Source: Utricularia gibba (lineage: Eukaryota; Plantae; Magnoliophyta). From it: DNA of 64,000 nt. Positions within the stretch are counted from its first letter, which is position 1. Each line of letters begins with the position of its first letter. The position numbers and the translations under genes were made by a program. Positions 50,402-61,900 of the stretch are shown here, piece by piece. The stretch spans positions 2,356,001 to 2,420,000 of the forward strand of contig NEEC01000014.1 in assembly GCA_002189035.1 (NCBI GenBank). Direction: 5' to 3'. A model generated the notes under the pieces. The model was not told the origin of the DNA. It did no database searches and was given only the letters and a program-made list of their open reading frames with translations.

Positions 50402-51585
50402 ATGTGGCGGACTATGTTTTCTCCGAGTCTGTGGAGCAAATCGACAATTAAATGCATTCGTGGAGAGGGTATGGGACGAAGGTTTTATGGGTTGATACCT
50501 ATGGTGGTTGAGCAATCATCCAGAGGGGAACGGGCATATGATATATTTTCGCGATTGCTCAAAGAGCGCATTATCTGCATCAATGGCCCTATCTCTGATG
50601 AAACATCGCACGTAGTTGTTGCTCAGTTGCTGTTTCTGGAGTCAGAGAACCCATCCAAGCCAATCAATATGTATCTGAATTCGCCTGGTGGTGCCGTCAC
50701 TGCCGGTAATTTTTTCTGATCATGTTTTTGTGTTCATGTTGGATAGTAGTGGCAAAAAACTGAGCATGCTCCGCAGTTTTTCTGTTGGCCTTCTCCTGTT
50801 TTTGTTTCTTATGATGGGTAAACATCCGCTTTTCTCATCAATATTTTTGTTGCGATACATTGCCCAGTCTCAAATTTGAACGCAGATTCTCGAATATGCA
50901 GCCTAGTTCTTTCCATTTTACAATGTGCAATTAGAAGGGAATATGGAGTGTTAGCTCACAAAATTTGAACCATTTGTGATAAACTACAGCGTCCACATGT
51001 AGCTGGAAGCACTAGTTTATGTCATCAGTTGGAGAACTTTTTTCTCGGATTGAGCATAGTCTCCCACAATTGCGTTGAAGAATCTTGTTAGATAAAAAAT
51101 AGATCTTGCTTCTTCTGTTCTGTCTGCATTTGTACATCTGTTGTGACACTTTGTCTTTTTCAGGTCTTGCAATCTATGATACCATGCAGTACATCAGGTC
51201 GCCGATCAATACCATTTGTCTTGGCCAAGCTGCGTCAATGGCTTCTCTCTTGTTGGCAGCCGGTGCAAAGGGTGAGCGGAGATCTCTTCCGAACGCGAGT
51301 GTTATGATACATCAACCCCTGGGTGGTGGGAGCAATGGTCAAGCTGAGGATATCATTATTCATGCCAAGCAGATTTCTCGAGTTCGGGATGCCTTGAATG
51401 CTCTCTACTGTAAGCACACCGGACAGCCACTGGAAACAATCTCAAAGAGTATGGATCGAGATTATTTCATGACTCCTGAAGAAGCAAAGGAGTTTGGGAT
51501 CATAGACGAGGTAATAGTTGAGAGGCCAATAACCCTAGTCACTGATGCTGTCCGCGATTCCACGGCTGCCGAGGCAAAAGGCTGA
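50402..51585 (+). CDS. CLPP2: ATP-dependent Clp protease proteolytic subunit 2, mitochondrial
   Basis: [34 protein letters not shown], catalytic Ser (AASMAS), His (MIHQP) and Asp (MDRD). One coding intron. Confidence 0.95.
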
Positions 51586-52080
51586 TCTTGCGAGGATCAA
51601 CCAGACCAGCCATGCATGCATCAGACTTGTTACAGAAGAGTGGGTTGAGATTAAATTTGATGTGCATTTGGATGCATATCATCATTGGGAAGATGAAGGT
51701 TATTGCTGACAGACAGGGAGTTCCTGCGTCCGCATTCATGAATCAGTAGCTTCACTTGTGAGAAAACAAGAAAATTGTATTGGGATCTTTCCCACTTGAG
51801 GGAACATGGAATCTGACGCAGTTAATTAAACCAGAGCTACTTCCTTCAGTGTTTTGGTACATGTGTAGTAGTGTTGCTACACAGACGAGGAAATTGGAGG
51901 TTGCTTTTAGTATTATTAGTTCAAAAGAAATGATGGGATAAGACATGGGGAGCCAAGGAGGGATTCAATTTCAGCCGCAATGAAACGACGTAGTCTTGAT
52001 ATTGGGCCTTGCTTTTTTATTGGCGATCTTGAATCCTCGGCCTTAGCCATACAAAATTATCCCATCTTCTAGAAGGCGCG

Positions 52081-52150
52081 GGGCCCACAGTGTGCTGGAC
52101 TGGTGTCGATAGAGAACATGGTCGAGGGCCCACAGGTTGTGACCACGTGC
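52081..52150. promoter_or_regulatory. Two class I TCP-like sites (GGGCCCAC) and a G-box upstream of the RING-H2 gene
   Basis: gggcccacag at 52081 and 52126; cacgtg near 52144. Motif match only. Confidence 0.4.
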
Positions 52151-52352
52151 ACGGCAGTCCATGGCTGAGCTTTTTTCCAAGGAATTGCAAATAACACAGA
52201 TTTGTGGACTAGAAATGAAATATCGAAAAAAATGAAGGGCTGGCTCAGGTTGGGTTCCAGTTTATGATGCTCCTCCGAGTTGGGGCGTCTGGATTAAGAC
52301 TCCTCTCTCCTGGCTCCTGTTTCGCTGTCGCTCTGAACCCAAATCGGCTCAA

Positions 52353-52832
52353 ATGGGTTTCTTGTACATGGCGATCGCTATGCCCAAATCAATCACCACC
52401 GTCATCTTCGCCGCTGCAAGATTCCTCCTCTTCTCCGCGCTGTCTGCCCTGGGCCTCCACAAATCAGCAGCCGCGGACGCAGAAGAAGGAGCGCGGTACG
52501 GTCGGGAGGACAACAACTACATTCTGATGTTTGACGGATCCTCCCCGTCCATAATCCCGGTCCCCGTGAAACTCGTCACCAGAGCGATCAAGCGACGAGT
52601 CCCCATCGTCCGTTTCGGCTGCGCCGAGAGGGAGAGGGCGGTGCCCTGTACCATATGCTTGGAGTTGCTAGTGGGAGGGGAAGAAACCAGGGATCTACGC
52701 AATTGCGGGCACTTGTTCCACCTGGGTTGCTTAGATAAGTGGATTGACGAGGGAGGCGTCTCCTGCCCATTGTGCAGATCCACGTTGCTGCCTCCTGGAA
52801 TCAAGGCGAACGAATTGCGCAGAGAGGATTGA
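52353..52832 (+). CDS. RING-H2 E3 ubiquitin ligase (RHA1/BRH1/XERICO-like)
   Basis: Intronless. N-terminal hydrophobic segment and CTIC...CGHLFHLGCLDKW...CPLC (C3H2C3). Confidence 0.9.
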   Translation: MGFLYMAIAMPKSITTVIFAAARFLLFSALSALGLHKSAAADAEEGARYGREDNNYILMFDGSSPSIIPVPVKLVTRAIKRRVPIVRFGCAERERAVPCTICLELLVGGEETRDLRNCGHLFHLGCLDKWIDEGGVSCPLCRSTLLPPGIKANELRRED

Positions 52833-53808
52833 TTCCGCAGCGCATTGACTATTCATCTTCCTGGAATCAAAGCTAGGTTTCTTCTGTGGATCGCACTCTG
52901 TCCACCCCAGCTGCTTATCTTGTACGGACAAAATGGAGCCTGCTCAGGGCTTTTCCCAAATTGTAAGGACAGAATTCTGCAGTAAATATACTCCTGCGAT
53001 TCAAAATGGCATTCAACCCCCTCCCGGGGCAAAAACGTAATTGAACACAACACTCGTCAGTCAAGATCAGCATCACCAAGTTATTTTTTACTTCGGAATT
53101 TAAAAAATAAGATTGAATTTGAAAATAATGAGAATATTATGATTTTTTTTTAACCGAACCGAAGCCCACCACAGAGATGGATGTTCAGCAACCGGAAAGC
53201 CCAATCACACAGATGCAACCCCGCTCTGTCAAAGATGATGATGGTTGCCGGACTCGTGAAACCATGACATCGGAATTCTAATCCCAGACAGCCTAATCGG
53301 TTTCCGGGGACCGTCGATTCTGGTAGCTGTCGGAATCATAGTTAATCAAAGAAAAGGAGGAACAGGTCCCCAAGATTGTGTGTGTGTTGGTTGGTCCAAT
53401 GAGTCGCGGGGGATACGTGGCCCTACGGCGATCCGAGCAATTCCATTTTTAAAGCTTTTCGGTTTCATGGATCTTTCTTATCCACACCCGAATTCGGTCG
53501 CTCTGCTCAGCCACAGATAACATACTCCATAATATATTGTTTCATATTTCATACACATTGATTGATTGGTGAATCTTAACCTCGCCTCCTGCAACTGCGT
53601 CGGTTTTCCGGAGGTTTTGTTTTCTCGACTCCATCTCCATTGTCGTCTTCCTGGGGGTATTTGGAGCCTCTAGTTACGTGTTCGTATGGATTTCAGTCAT
53701 CCACCGATATAGAGAAGTGGAAAAGAAAGGGTTTTGTTGTACCATTTTTTTTTTTTTTTCATACTACGATTCTCTTGGCTGTTTGGCTGGTGGCATTCGC
53801 TCCTGGTT

Positions 53809-55578
53809 ATGGATTTGATTTCGGAGTTTCGTGATATTTTTCAAAAGCCTGGGATTGGTGATGTGATATCTGCGCTCATGGTATTCGTGCTGCCGTTCTG
53901 GTTTGCTATTGTGGTTGGGATTCTGGTGGGTTGGGTGTGGCGGCCAAAATGGGTTAAGCTAGGAATACATTTTCCTGAAGGGATTGGTAAGGATGGAGAG
54001 TCACAGCAATCCCCTTCATTTTTCCGTCCACTAGAAACCTTGAGCTCCTTCAAAATGCATTGGCCAAAATGCGTTCGCTGGATATCAGATGGAGGACTTG
54101 GAAAGGCTAATTCCTTTTCTCCTTCCACCTCCAGTGAAAATGACAGGTTGTTGCTTCTTACTAACTAATGATTTCCAGAGTTTGGATTCATTGAGTTTTA
54201 TTTATCAAGTAATTGTCTTTGATCAGTTGCTCTGAGGCGGAGGTTGAGAAATCAAATGTAGTCAACGTTGATGATCTTAAAAATTTGCACATGTTATTTG
54301 AGAAGAAGGACAATGGACCTGCTTGGATCCATATGATGAAAAAGTTAGCGAATAATACGAGCTATCAGGCATGGAGAAGAGATACCGAGGTCAATTCATG
54401 TTTTCCTCTTAGGATCGCAGAAGAAAATTTGTTTGGCCATTAGACACTTTCTGGAATTACTCTTGGGAACTGTTTTGTGTATATGATGTAGATTGGGCTT
54501 CCTCAGTATTGTAGTAGAACTGTGTACGAAGATGTGACTCCTGAAATTCTGAGAGACTTTTTTTGGGATGACAAGTTTAGATTGACATGGGATGACATGC
54601 TTTCAGAAGCTGAAACTTTGGAGGAATATCCTGCCACGGGAACAATAGTCGTGCGCTGGGTACGGAAGGTAAGAATCATATTGGCTAGCAAGCATTTGAT
54701 TGTGATTTCAATAATAACTAGCATTACCCTTTTTCTGCTTTGCAGTTCCCTTTCTTTTGTAGTGACAGAGAATACATCATAGGGCGTCGAATTTGGCAGT
54801 GTGGACGAACTTATTACTGTGTAACCAAGGTAATAGAACATGAACTTATGCACACCTGACATGCTCATGATGGCGCATATACAGACCCGAGACAGATAAC
54901 CATCTCACTGCTTTTCAAGACTGTTGTCTGTTGTTCGGCTGCAAGTTGAATTTCAGAGGTTGATTCATATTCCTATGAATGCAGGGGGTGCCAAACTCCT
55001 CAGTGCCTCGACGTGAGCGGCCAAGGCGTGTCGATTTATACTATTCCAGTTGGTGCATACGTGCAGGTAAGAACTAGTGGAACATGCACCGTGATGATGG
55101 TTGTTAAGATGCTTGTGTTTGGAGCTCAGTTGAATCAGAGCGAGATGGACAGATGACAGCAAGTGAGGTGGTGCTGTTCCACCATGAGGACATGGGAATT
55201 CCTTGGGAAATTGCAAAACTCGGAGTGCGCCAAGGCATGTGGGGTGCTGTGAAGAAGGTGGAACCAGCATTGCGCGCATACCAGAAGCATCGATCAACCT
55301 CAGCTCCCCTGTCACACAGCGCTCTCATGGCGCAGATCACCACCAAAGTGGACGTGGACGCCATCGAAACAGCAACAGCAGCCTCCGCTGATGGCTCCAG
55401 TTGCTCACTGGATCCTCAGGCGGAGAACTCACCGCCGTCGCGACGGCGAGACATTCGGAAGATGGTGGTTGTGGTCGGGGCGGTGACCATTGCGGCAGCT
55501 CTGGACAGGGGACTCCTCACTAAGGCAATAGTTTTTGGGGTGGCTGGAAGGATCGCAAAAGCCGTTGGGAAGTTGTGA
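53809..55578 (+). CDS. START/polyketide cyclase lipid-transport superfamily protein with N-terminal TM segment
   Basis: WFAIVVGILVGWVWRPKW; SYQAWRRD; EILRDFFWDDKFRLTWDDML; WVRKFPFFCSDREYIIGRRIW; EVVLFHHEDMGIPWEIAKLGVRQGMW. Confidence 0.92.
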
Positions 55579-55718
55579 TTGCACAATAACCATCCGGTAT
55601 TCGTTTTTTCATAAATCGGCTATAAATAAACTTTTTTTTAAATGAAAATCGTGTGTGAGAATTGATAATTTATAATGCCGGAATATTAATTTTAAAAAAT
55701 AATAATATTCTTATTAAC

Positions 55719-55793
55719 TGGGCCTAAACTAGCGGGCCTACTTGGAAATCCAACCCCGGCAAATTTCATCCAGGTGGACTAAACGCCGGCAAA
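55719..55793. promoter_or_regulatory. Site II element plus two E2F-consensus sites upstream of MOM1
   Basis: TGGGCC at 55719. TTTGCCGG (fits TTTSSCGS) on the minus strand at 55756-55763 and 55786-55793. Confidence 0.45.
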
Positions 55794-55971
55794 ATTTGCT
55801 TTGATGGGCGGTGGATGATGAAGGAAGCAGTTCGATCAAAGCGGTAAATGTGAAAAAGGGTCTAATCGCGCGCGGCGACTCGGATTGGAGAAGAATAGCC
55901 AGAAGGTCATTTTTTATGAAGACGGAGTGTTGTGGTAAAAATCCTCGGATGAAATTGAGGATGAGAAGACG

Positions 55972-58900
55972 ATGCCACCTTCAGCAGCACAACCCAAGAG
56001 AAAATATGAAGGGCTAGAAATTTCAGATAAACAGTCTCCTCTCAGGAGATCTGACCGAGTTGTGAGAAATTTAAAATCAAGTTCTTCTGTGTCTAAATCA
56101 AAATTTCATGGAATTGAGAATTCAACGCGAAGGAAGAAAAGAAAATTTCTTAAGCTTTCGATGGAATCTCCGAAGGCCTTACTCATGGGAGATGTAGTTG
56201 GGGGCAAGAGCAAAAAATTGAAACCCCGAAGGCTCAAGGCCAGGTTCCCGAAATCCCAAAACCCCGAGTTTCTTACAGCAGGTACTCTGTTAGAGAAAGT
56301 TGATTCTTTATAAAATGTGTCGGTGCAGGGGACTGATGGTTATGTTTAAAACTATAAATTTAATTACCGAAGTGCAAAATCATATTTGATAGTACTCAGG
56401 GTCTCTCCACATCTTTACGGTGTCAGGTGGTGATATCGAGCCTGAGTGTAAGGATACGGTGGATGATCAATGCTCAAGTCTGGACCGTGATGGAAGGTTA
56501 GTGGAAGTTTACATGTAGCAGGGCCACCTAATTGGTTGTCACACAAACAAAGTGCTTATTTTAGTTTTAGGGATCATTGTGTAGCCGAGACTGGTTTTCA
56601 GCCCTTGAACACTGCTTCAAGAGCCAGGGAAACAAGCAGTGACATGGAAGGCGTGGCATCAACACCCATTTCCAGGAAGGAACCAACTGCATTCGAAATG
56701 CGGGTGTGCTTAGATGAATCAAGAGATGTATCTTTAGGTTCAAGGAGCATTGGGAAATGTCTGAACCATAAAGGTACTCCCCATATATCGGATACTTGTG
56801 CATTTTTTGAAGGGAGAGATAGTAATGATACATTTCTGATAGTTGTGCGACCTACTGCATCATCATATTCCTGGGGTGAGGGCCATGATCAATTTGGTAC
56901 TTGTTATACATGCCTTAAAAAGAAAAGGCAAGTTCCTCAGCTATCTATTCTTTTTAGCTAAAAATGGTATTTCTCCATTAGTACTGCTGGTTCTCTGGAA
57001 GTTATTTTGAAATCTGTAGCGCGGGCAGAAAAGAGAGAACCTACTTGAACATAAAGCTCCACTGAGACGTCCTCTTTCTTTTTTCTTTTCTTCTTTTTTA
57101 TTGAAGTACGTTTCTTGTTTAGTTGGTGGCTGACACATACGTAAATATGATTTTACTTAGAAAAGTTTGTATACATGATTATTATTGATTGCTAGTGTGA
57201 TAGAGCTCCTTTTATAGCTTTATATTTTCTGTTATTCTCGCAAGATGCTTTTTAATAGTAAAGTATCATTCCTACGTCTTCTGATATGAATTCTCTAAAT
57301 TATGCAGGGTGAGTTATGATGCCCCCGAACAGGATCTCTGTTCCTGTGATCACAAGGTTTGTTGCTCTATCTTGCTAACTCTTGTTCAGTCTCAGTCTCC
57401 TGATTAATGAGAAACAATTCAATAGTGACAATAGCTTGCTTGCTAAACGAGCTAAAGGTGATGGCGCGTCTTACTTGAGTTAATGTTTGCTTTCTGAAAT
57501 GAGCTTTGACATCATCTGAGGTTCTCTTATGCAAAGTACACAATGAATCAAGATTTATGATATTTGGGGTATATTCATGGTTATTACTTCGCCATGTGTG
57601 CTTTTTTTTTGACAGCATAAGCACGTGTTTCTGATTTCATATCACAAGTACTTGTTTCTCTTGAGTAATTTTTGTTCAAATTTTTAGAAATGCGACTACA
57701 TCAACTAATATTATCATAGCATAAGCACTTGTTTCTGATGTTGCATGTTTTGGCTGCTGCTGCGTTAAGAGATTATAGCTGTTATTTTGATAATCATGAT
57801 AATGTTGTGATCATTAGGCTTCTGGGGATCATGGAGTTAGTGCCACTGTGGAAGATGGTGCGATCATTGGACCCATGGAAATGCAGTTTGATTCTCCATT
57901 GGGAAGTTATGAAAATATTTGTGCCCTTTGCTGTACCCCTGGCGATCTCCTGTGGGTAAAAATTTTTTTCTGCATTTTAACACATCTTTATATAATAATA
58001 TGAGCATTTGAGCATGCTATAAAATCTTGAAAGTGTCTCTTTAGATGCTGCTGTTGCCTTGTGTTGTAAATATACATTGTTCATTGCCTGAATAAACAAA
58101 GCTGATTGTCGCATTTGGAATTTTCTCTTTGGATTCTCATGTAGTTAATTGCACCTATTTCAGAGGATGTGGATTTGTTCATTGCATGTTTCTACAGGTG
58201 TTGCAAAGGAAAAGGATGCAAAATTCGCTATCATTGTGACTGTTTGGATCCCCCTCTTCCCAATGTTCTCCCAGGTGCCTGGTATTGCTCCCATTGTGTA
58301 AAGAAGAAGCTTTCATTTGGTGTGCACGTTGTTTCAGATGGAGTTGAGAAAATTTTGGATGTTAGGGAGGTGAAGGTCTCAAATGCTAAAGGTCTGGCAT
58401 CTTCAGTGTGCTCATGGTGCTAGGTATAAATGTAGAAGTTGTGTTATCCACCTATGACATTGTTGGTGTTTTTTTTAATGATTAGGAGATCATCAAAAGC
58501 AGTATCTTGTCAAGTACTTGGGACTTGCTCATATTCACAACCATTGGGTTCCAGAGCAACAACTACAGGCTGAAAATCCTTTCCTTATCTCTAGGTTCAC
58601 AAAAAACTCTCAGGTTAAAATGCCTTTTCTTAATGTTAAATATCCGATTTAAATGTTTGTAAAAATGGCACTTGATTGCTTAGATGTCATATGCAGATGC
58701 TAAGATGGAATTCTGAGTGGACGATGCCACAATGCTTTTTGGAGAAAAGATCCATTCAGGACAATGTATTCATTGCTTCACTCACAGAAATTTTTGTGTG
58801 TAACAATGAATGGCTTGTGAAATGGTGTGGCCTCAGTTATGATCACTCGACATGGGAATTAGAAAGTGAACCTTTCTTCAGCTCATTGCTTGGTCAAAAG

Positions 58901-61900
58901 TTAATGAATGAGTACAAATCCGGTGATCAAAAGTCAGTTCCATGTTTGGTATCGAAGTTCCACGAATATTGGGTCCCAGTTCAAATGTCAAATTACCAGC
59001 TTGAACTTTACTGTAATGCGCTGCTTTCTAACAAAGTGGGTCTTTGCTCCAGTTCAAGAAATGATACTTTTGGGGCACTTCGAGAGATCCTTTTAACTGC
59101 TCAAAAGGTTCTTTTTTCTTAAAATGCATTTTGAATGTTCTTTTTCATGTTGCACCACCAAACCATGACGTGAATTCATTACTTGCATGGAGCATGGTAA
59201 TTGTTGACCTGTCTCGTATGTCCATTAAGGCTTGATATGGCTCCTATAGTTGAGCTTCAAATGTTAGTCTATTTTTTTGTGTACTGATGTTTACTTTTCT
59301 TTTCTTTTTTTTTTTGTGTGGTTACAGTGTTGTTCGCATCCATATCTTCTCGACACATCCATTCTGAGACAGTTGATGTCTGAGAAGCGCCCAACCACTG
59401 ACCTTGCGGATATTGGTATTGCTGCAAGTGGAAAATTACAGTGGCTTAATAAAATGCTTCGGGAGGTGAAGTCCCAAGGGTTGCAAACACTTTTACTTTA
59501 TCAGGTACATCTAATTAGATATTTAGTCACTATTTCCTGTTTATCATTTGTATTTTTCTCAGACCTCTTCAATTTTTTTTGTTCGATTTTTGAATTTCTT
59601 TATGACTCTCAAGGTTTTCTCGCAGGTAATTGCTGGCTCTCAAGGGGCTATGGGAGAAATACTTGAAGATTTTCTGCGCTGTAAATTTGGCCAACATTCA
59701 TATGAACATATTTGCTCTGGGACTCTTCTATCTGAAAAGCATAATGCTGCTAATAGGTTTAACAAGAAGGAACCTGGAAAATTTGTTTTTCTTTTAGAAA
59801 ACCGTGCATGCACCTCGGCAATTCAACTTTCAAATTTGGATATCATCATAATACATGATAGTGACTGGAATCCAGCTAATGACGTGAAGGCTTTGCAAAG
59901 ATTATCAATTGATCCTAAAGCTGAGAGGATCAAAGTTTTTCGGTTGTATACATCTTTCACTGTTGAAGAAAGAGCCCTTGTTCTTGCTAGAGAAGGCTTA
60001 AATATTTATAGCAGTTTTCGAACTTTTAGCCGGCATGTGAGTGATACTCTTCTAGCTTGGTGTTCCTCTCACCTGTTTGAGAAATTAGATGAATGCCATG
60101 CTTATAGCAACTCCTGTTCGGCCTTAGACTTTTCATCCGAGGAGTCATGTTTGATTCTGAGCGACATTATGAAAGAGTTCCTGGTGATACTTTCTGATGC
60201 TTGTCAAACGTTTGATTCAGATCCTATCATTTCAAAAGTTAAGTTTCTGGATGGTAGATATGTGTCACATACTCGAACATTCGGGGAATCGAGGGCTTCA
60301 TTGTGGGATGGAGAGCATCCCCATCTTTTTTGGGAAAGGTTATTAGATGGTAAGCATCCACAATGGAAACACTTGAAGAGGGACTGTACATCCAAGAGGA
60401 AGAGAATCGATTGCATGGGTAAAGTTTTTTGTGATGCAAAGAATGGGAAAGTTGGCAAACGAAAGAAGTGCAAAAAAACCCATAATGAAAGTTTAGACCT
60501 AGCTTCTGAGCAAGTTAAATTAGGTGGACATGCAACTGAACTCGACATTTCTAATGGAGGTAACACTTTATCTCAGCTATGAACATAACATGCTTTTCTG
60601 AACAAAAAAAAGGAAATCAAGGCTGTTGCTTAACAGTTGATTTGGAGTTTTTTTTTTTCAGTTTCATATAAATATTATCTTTTGGGGATAAGGTTGTGTA
60701 TAAGCATTCTTATACACAACCTTTGAAAATATTTTCTAAGTATTTCATGTTCATCCAATGCTCTTAACAGTGGAAGCCTGCAACCGATCTCAGAAACTTC
60801 AGGAAGATACTATGATTGATGGGCACACTTCATGCTCCTCTTCCTGCCCTAATGCCTTCCCTCTAAAGGGAAGAGCAGTATTGCCTGATCCAAAAGACCT
60901 CTACAGTTTTCTGCTAGGGGGTCTCAAAGAATTATGCCAGACTCTTAAGCTTTCGGTATGCAGTTCATTGTTATCTTTATGTTTTATTTTTTCTTCTTTC
61001 TATGTATTGAAAACTGACTAGGTCAGGATTCAGTTCAATGTGATACATTATTTTTAGAAAATTCATAAAACATTGAAGTTATGGTCTCTTACTGAAATTT
61101 TCCATAGCAAGCTAAATGTATTGTCTAGAGATATTGCAAGACTCCATTGTTTTCAAGCACCAAATACTTGACAGGGAACTATAACTATGCCTTTTACTCT
61201 TGTTGGCGTTTGACAGCAGAGAGGCCATTGGAGTTTGGGATTGATGTATGACTGTCCTGTTAGACTCATAAGCATATCCAAGCTCATTGAACAATTAGCA
61301 AATTTTAATCTGATTTCAGAGTGGAAGGTGGAGGGGATTATACTCTTTCGCTTTAAAGATAGTGGTTTCCTTGGGAATTGCAACCTAGTTTTTTGATACT
61401 GTAACTAGGGGTTTCATGGAATTTGATTCTCAATTTGATCTGCATCATTTACCTGTATATTTGCAACTACTAGATAAATGATCTGTAGTAATTTAATATT
61501 TTTAATTTAGTATTTTTTTTAAATGTTGAGTAACGTATTGTATCTGAAGTGCTTCTATTCTTTATATGTCTTAAGATTATCTATTGAATTATTTCTCTTT
61601 GCTAACCGATGGTTGAATTTCAGGAGGACCTCTTTCATATAATGGGAAATTTCTTGGAGTATATCATCAGAAATCACCACATCAACAGTGACTCGCCACC
61701 AATTTTGCACGCCTTACTAATTTCTATTGTGAGTTTATATTCATTATATTACAGGTGTCCATAATAGATGGATAGGAAAAAGGATTCTGTAGCTTCTTAA
61801 TTGGAGACGGTCGTGTTTAAGGTGAAGTGAAGTGAGCTACGTATTTCCAGAATCATACTGTTCACAGCACTTCATTTGTTGTGTTGTGTGTGACAATTTT

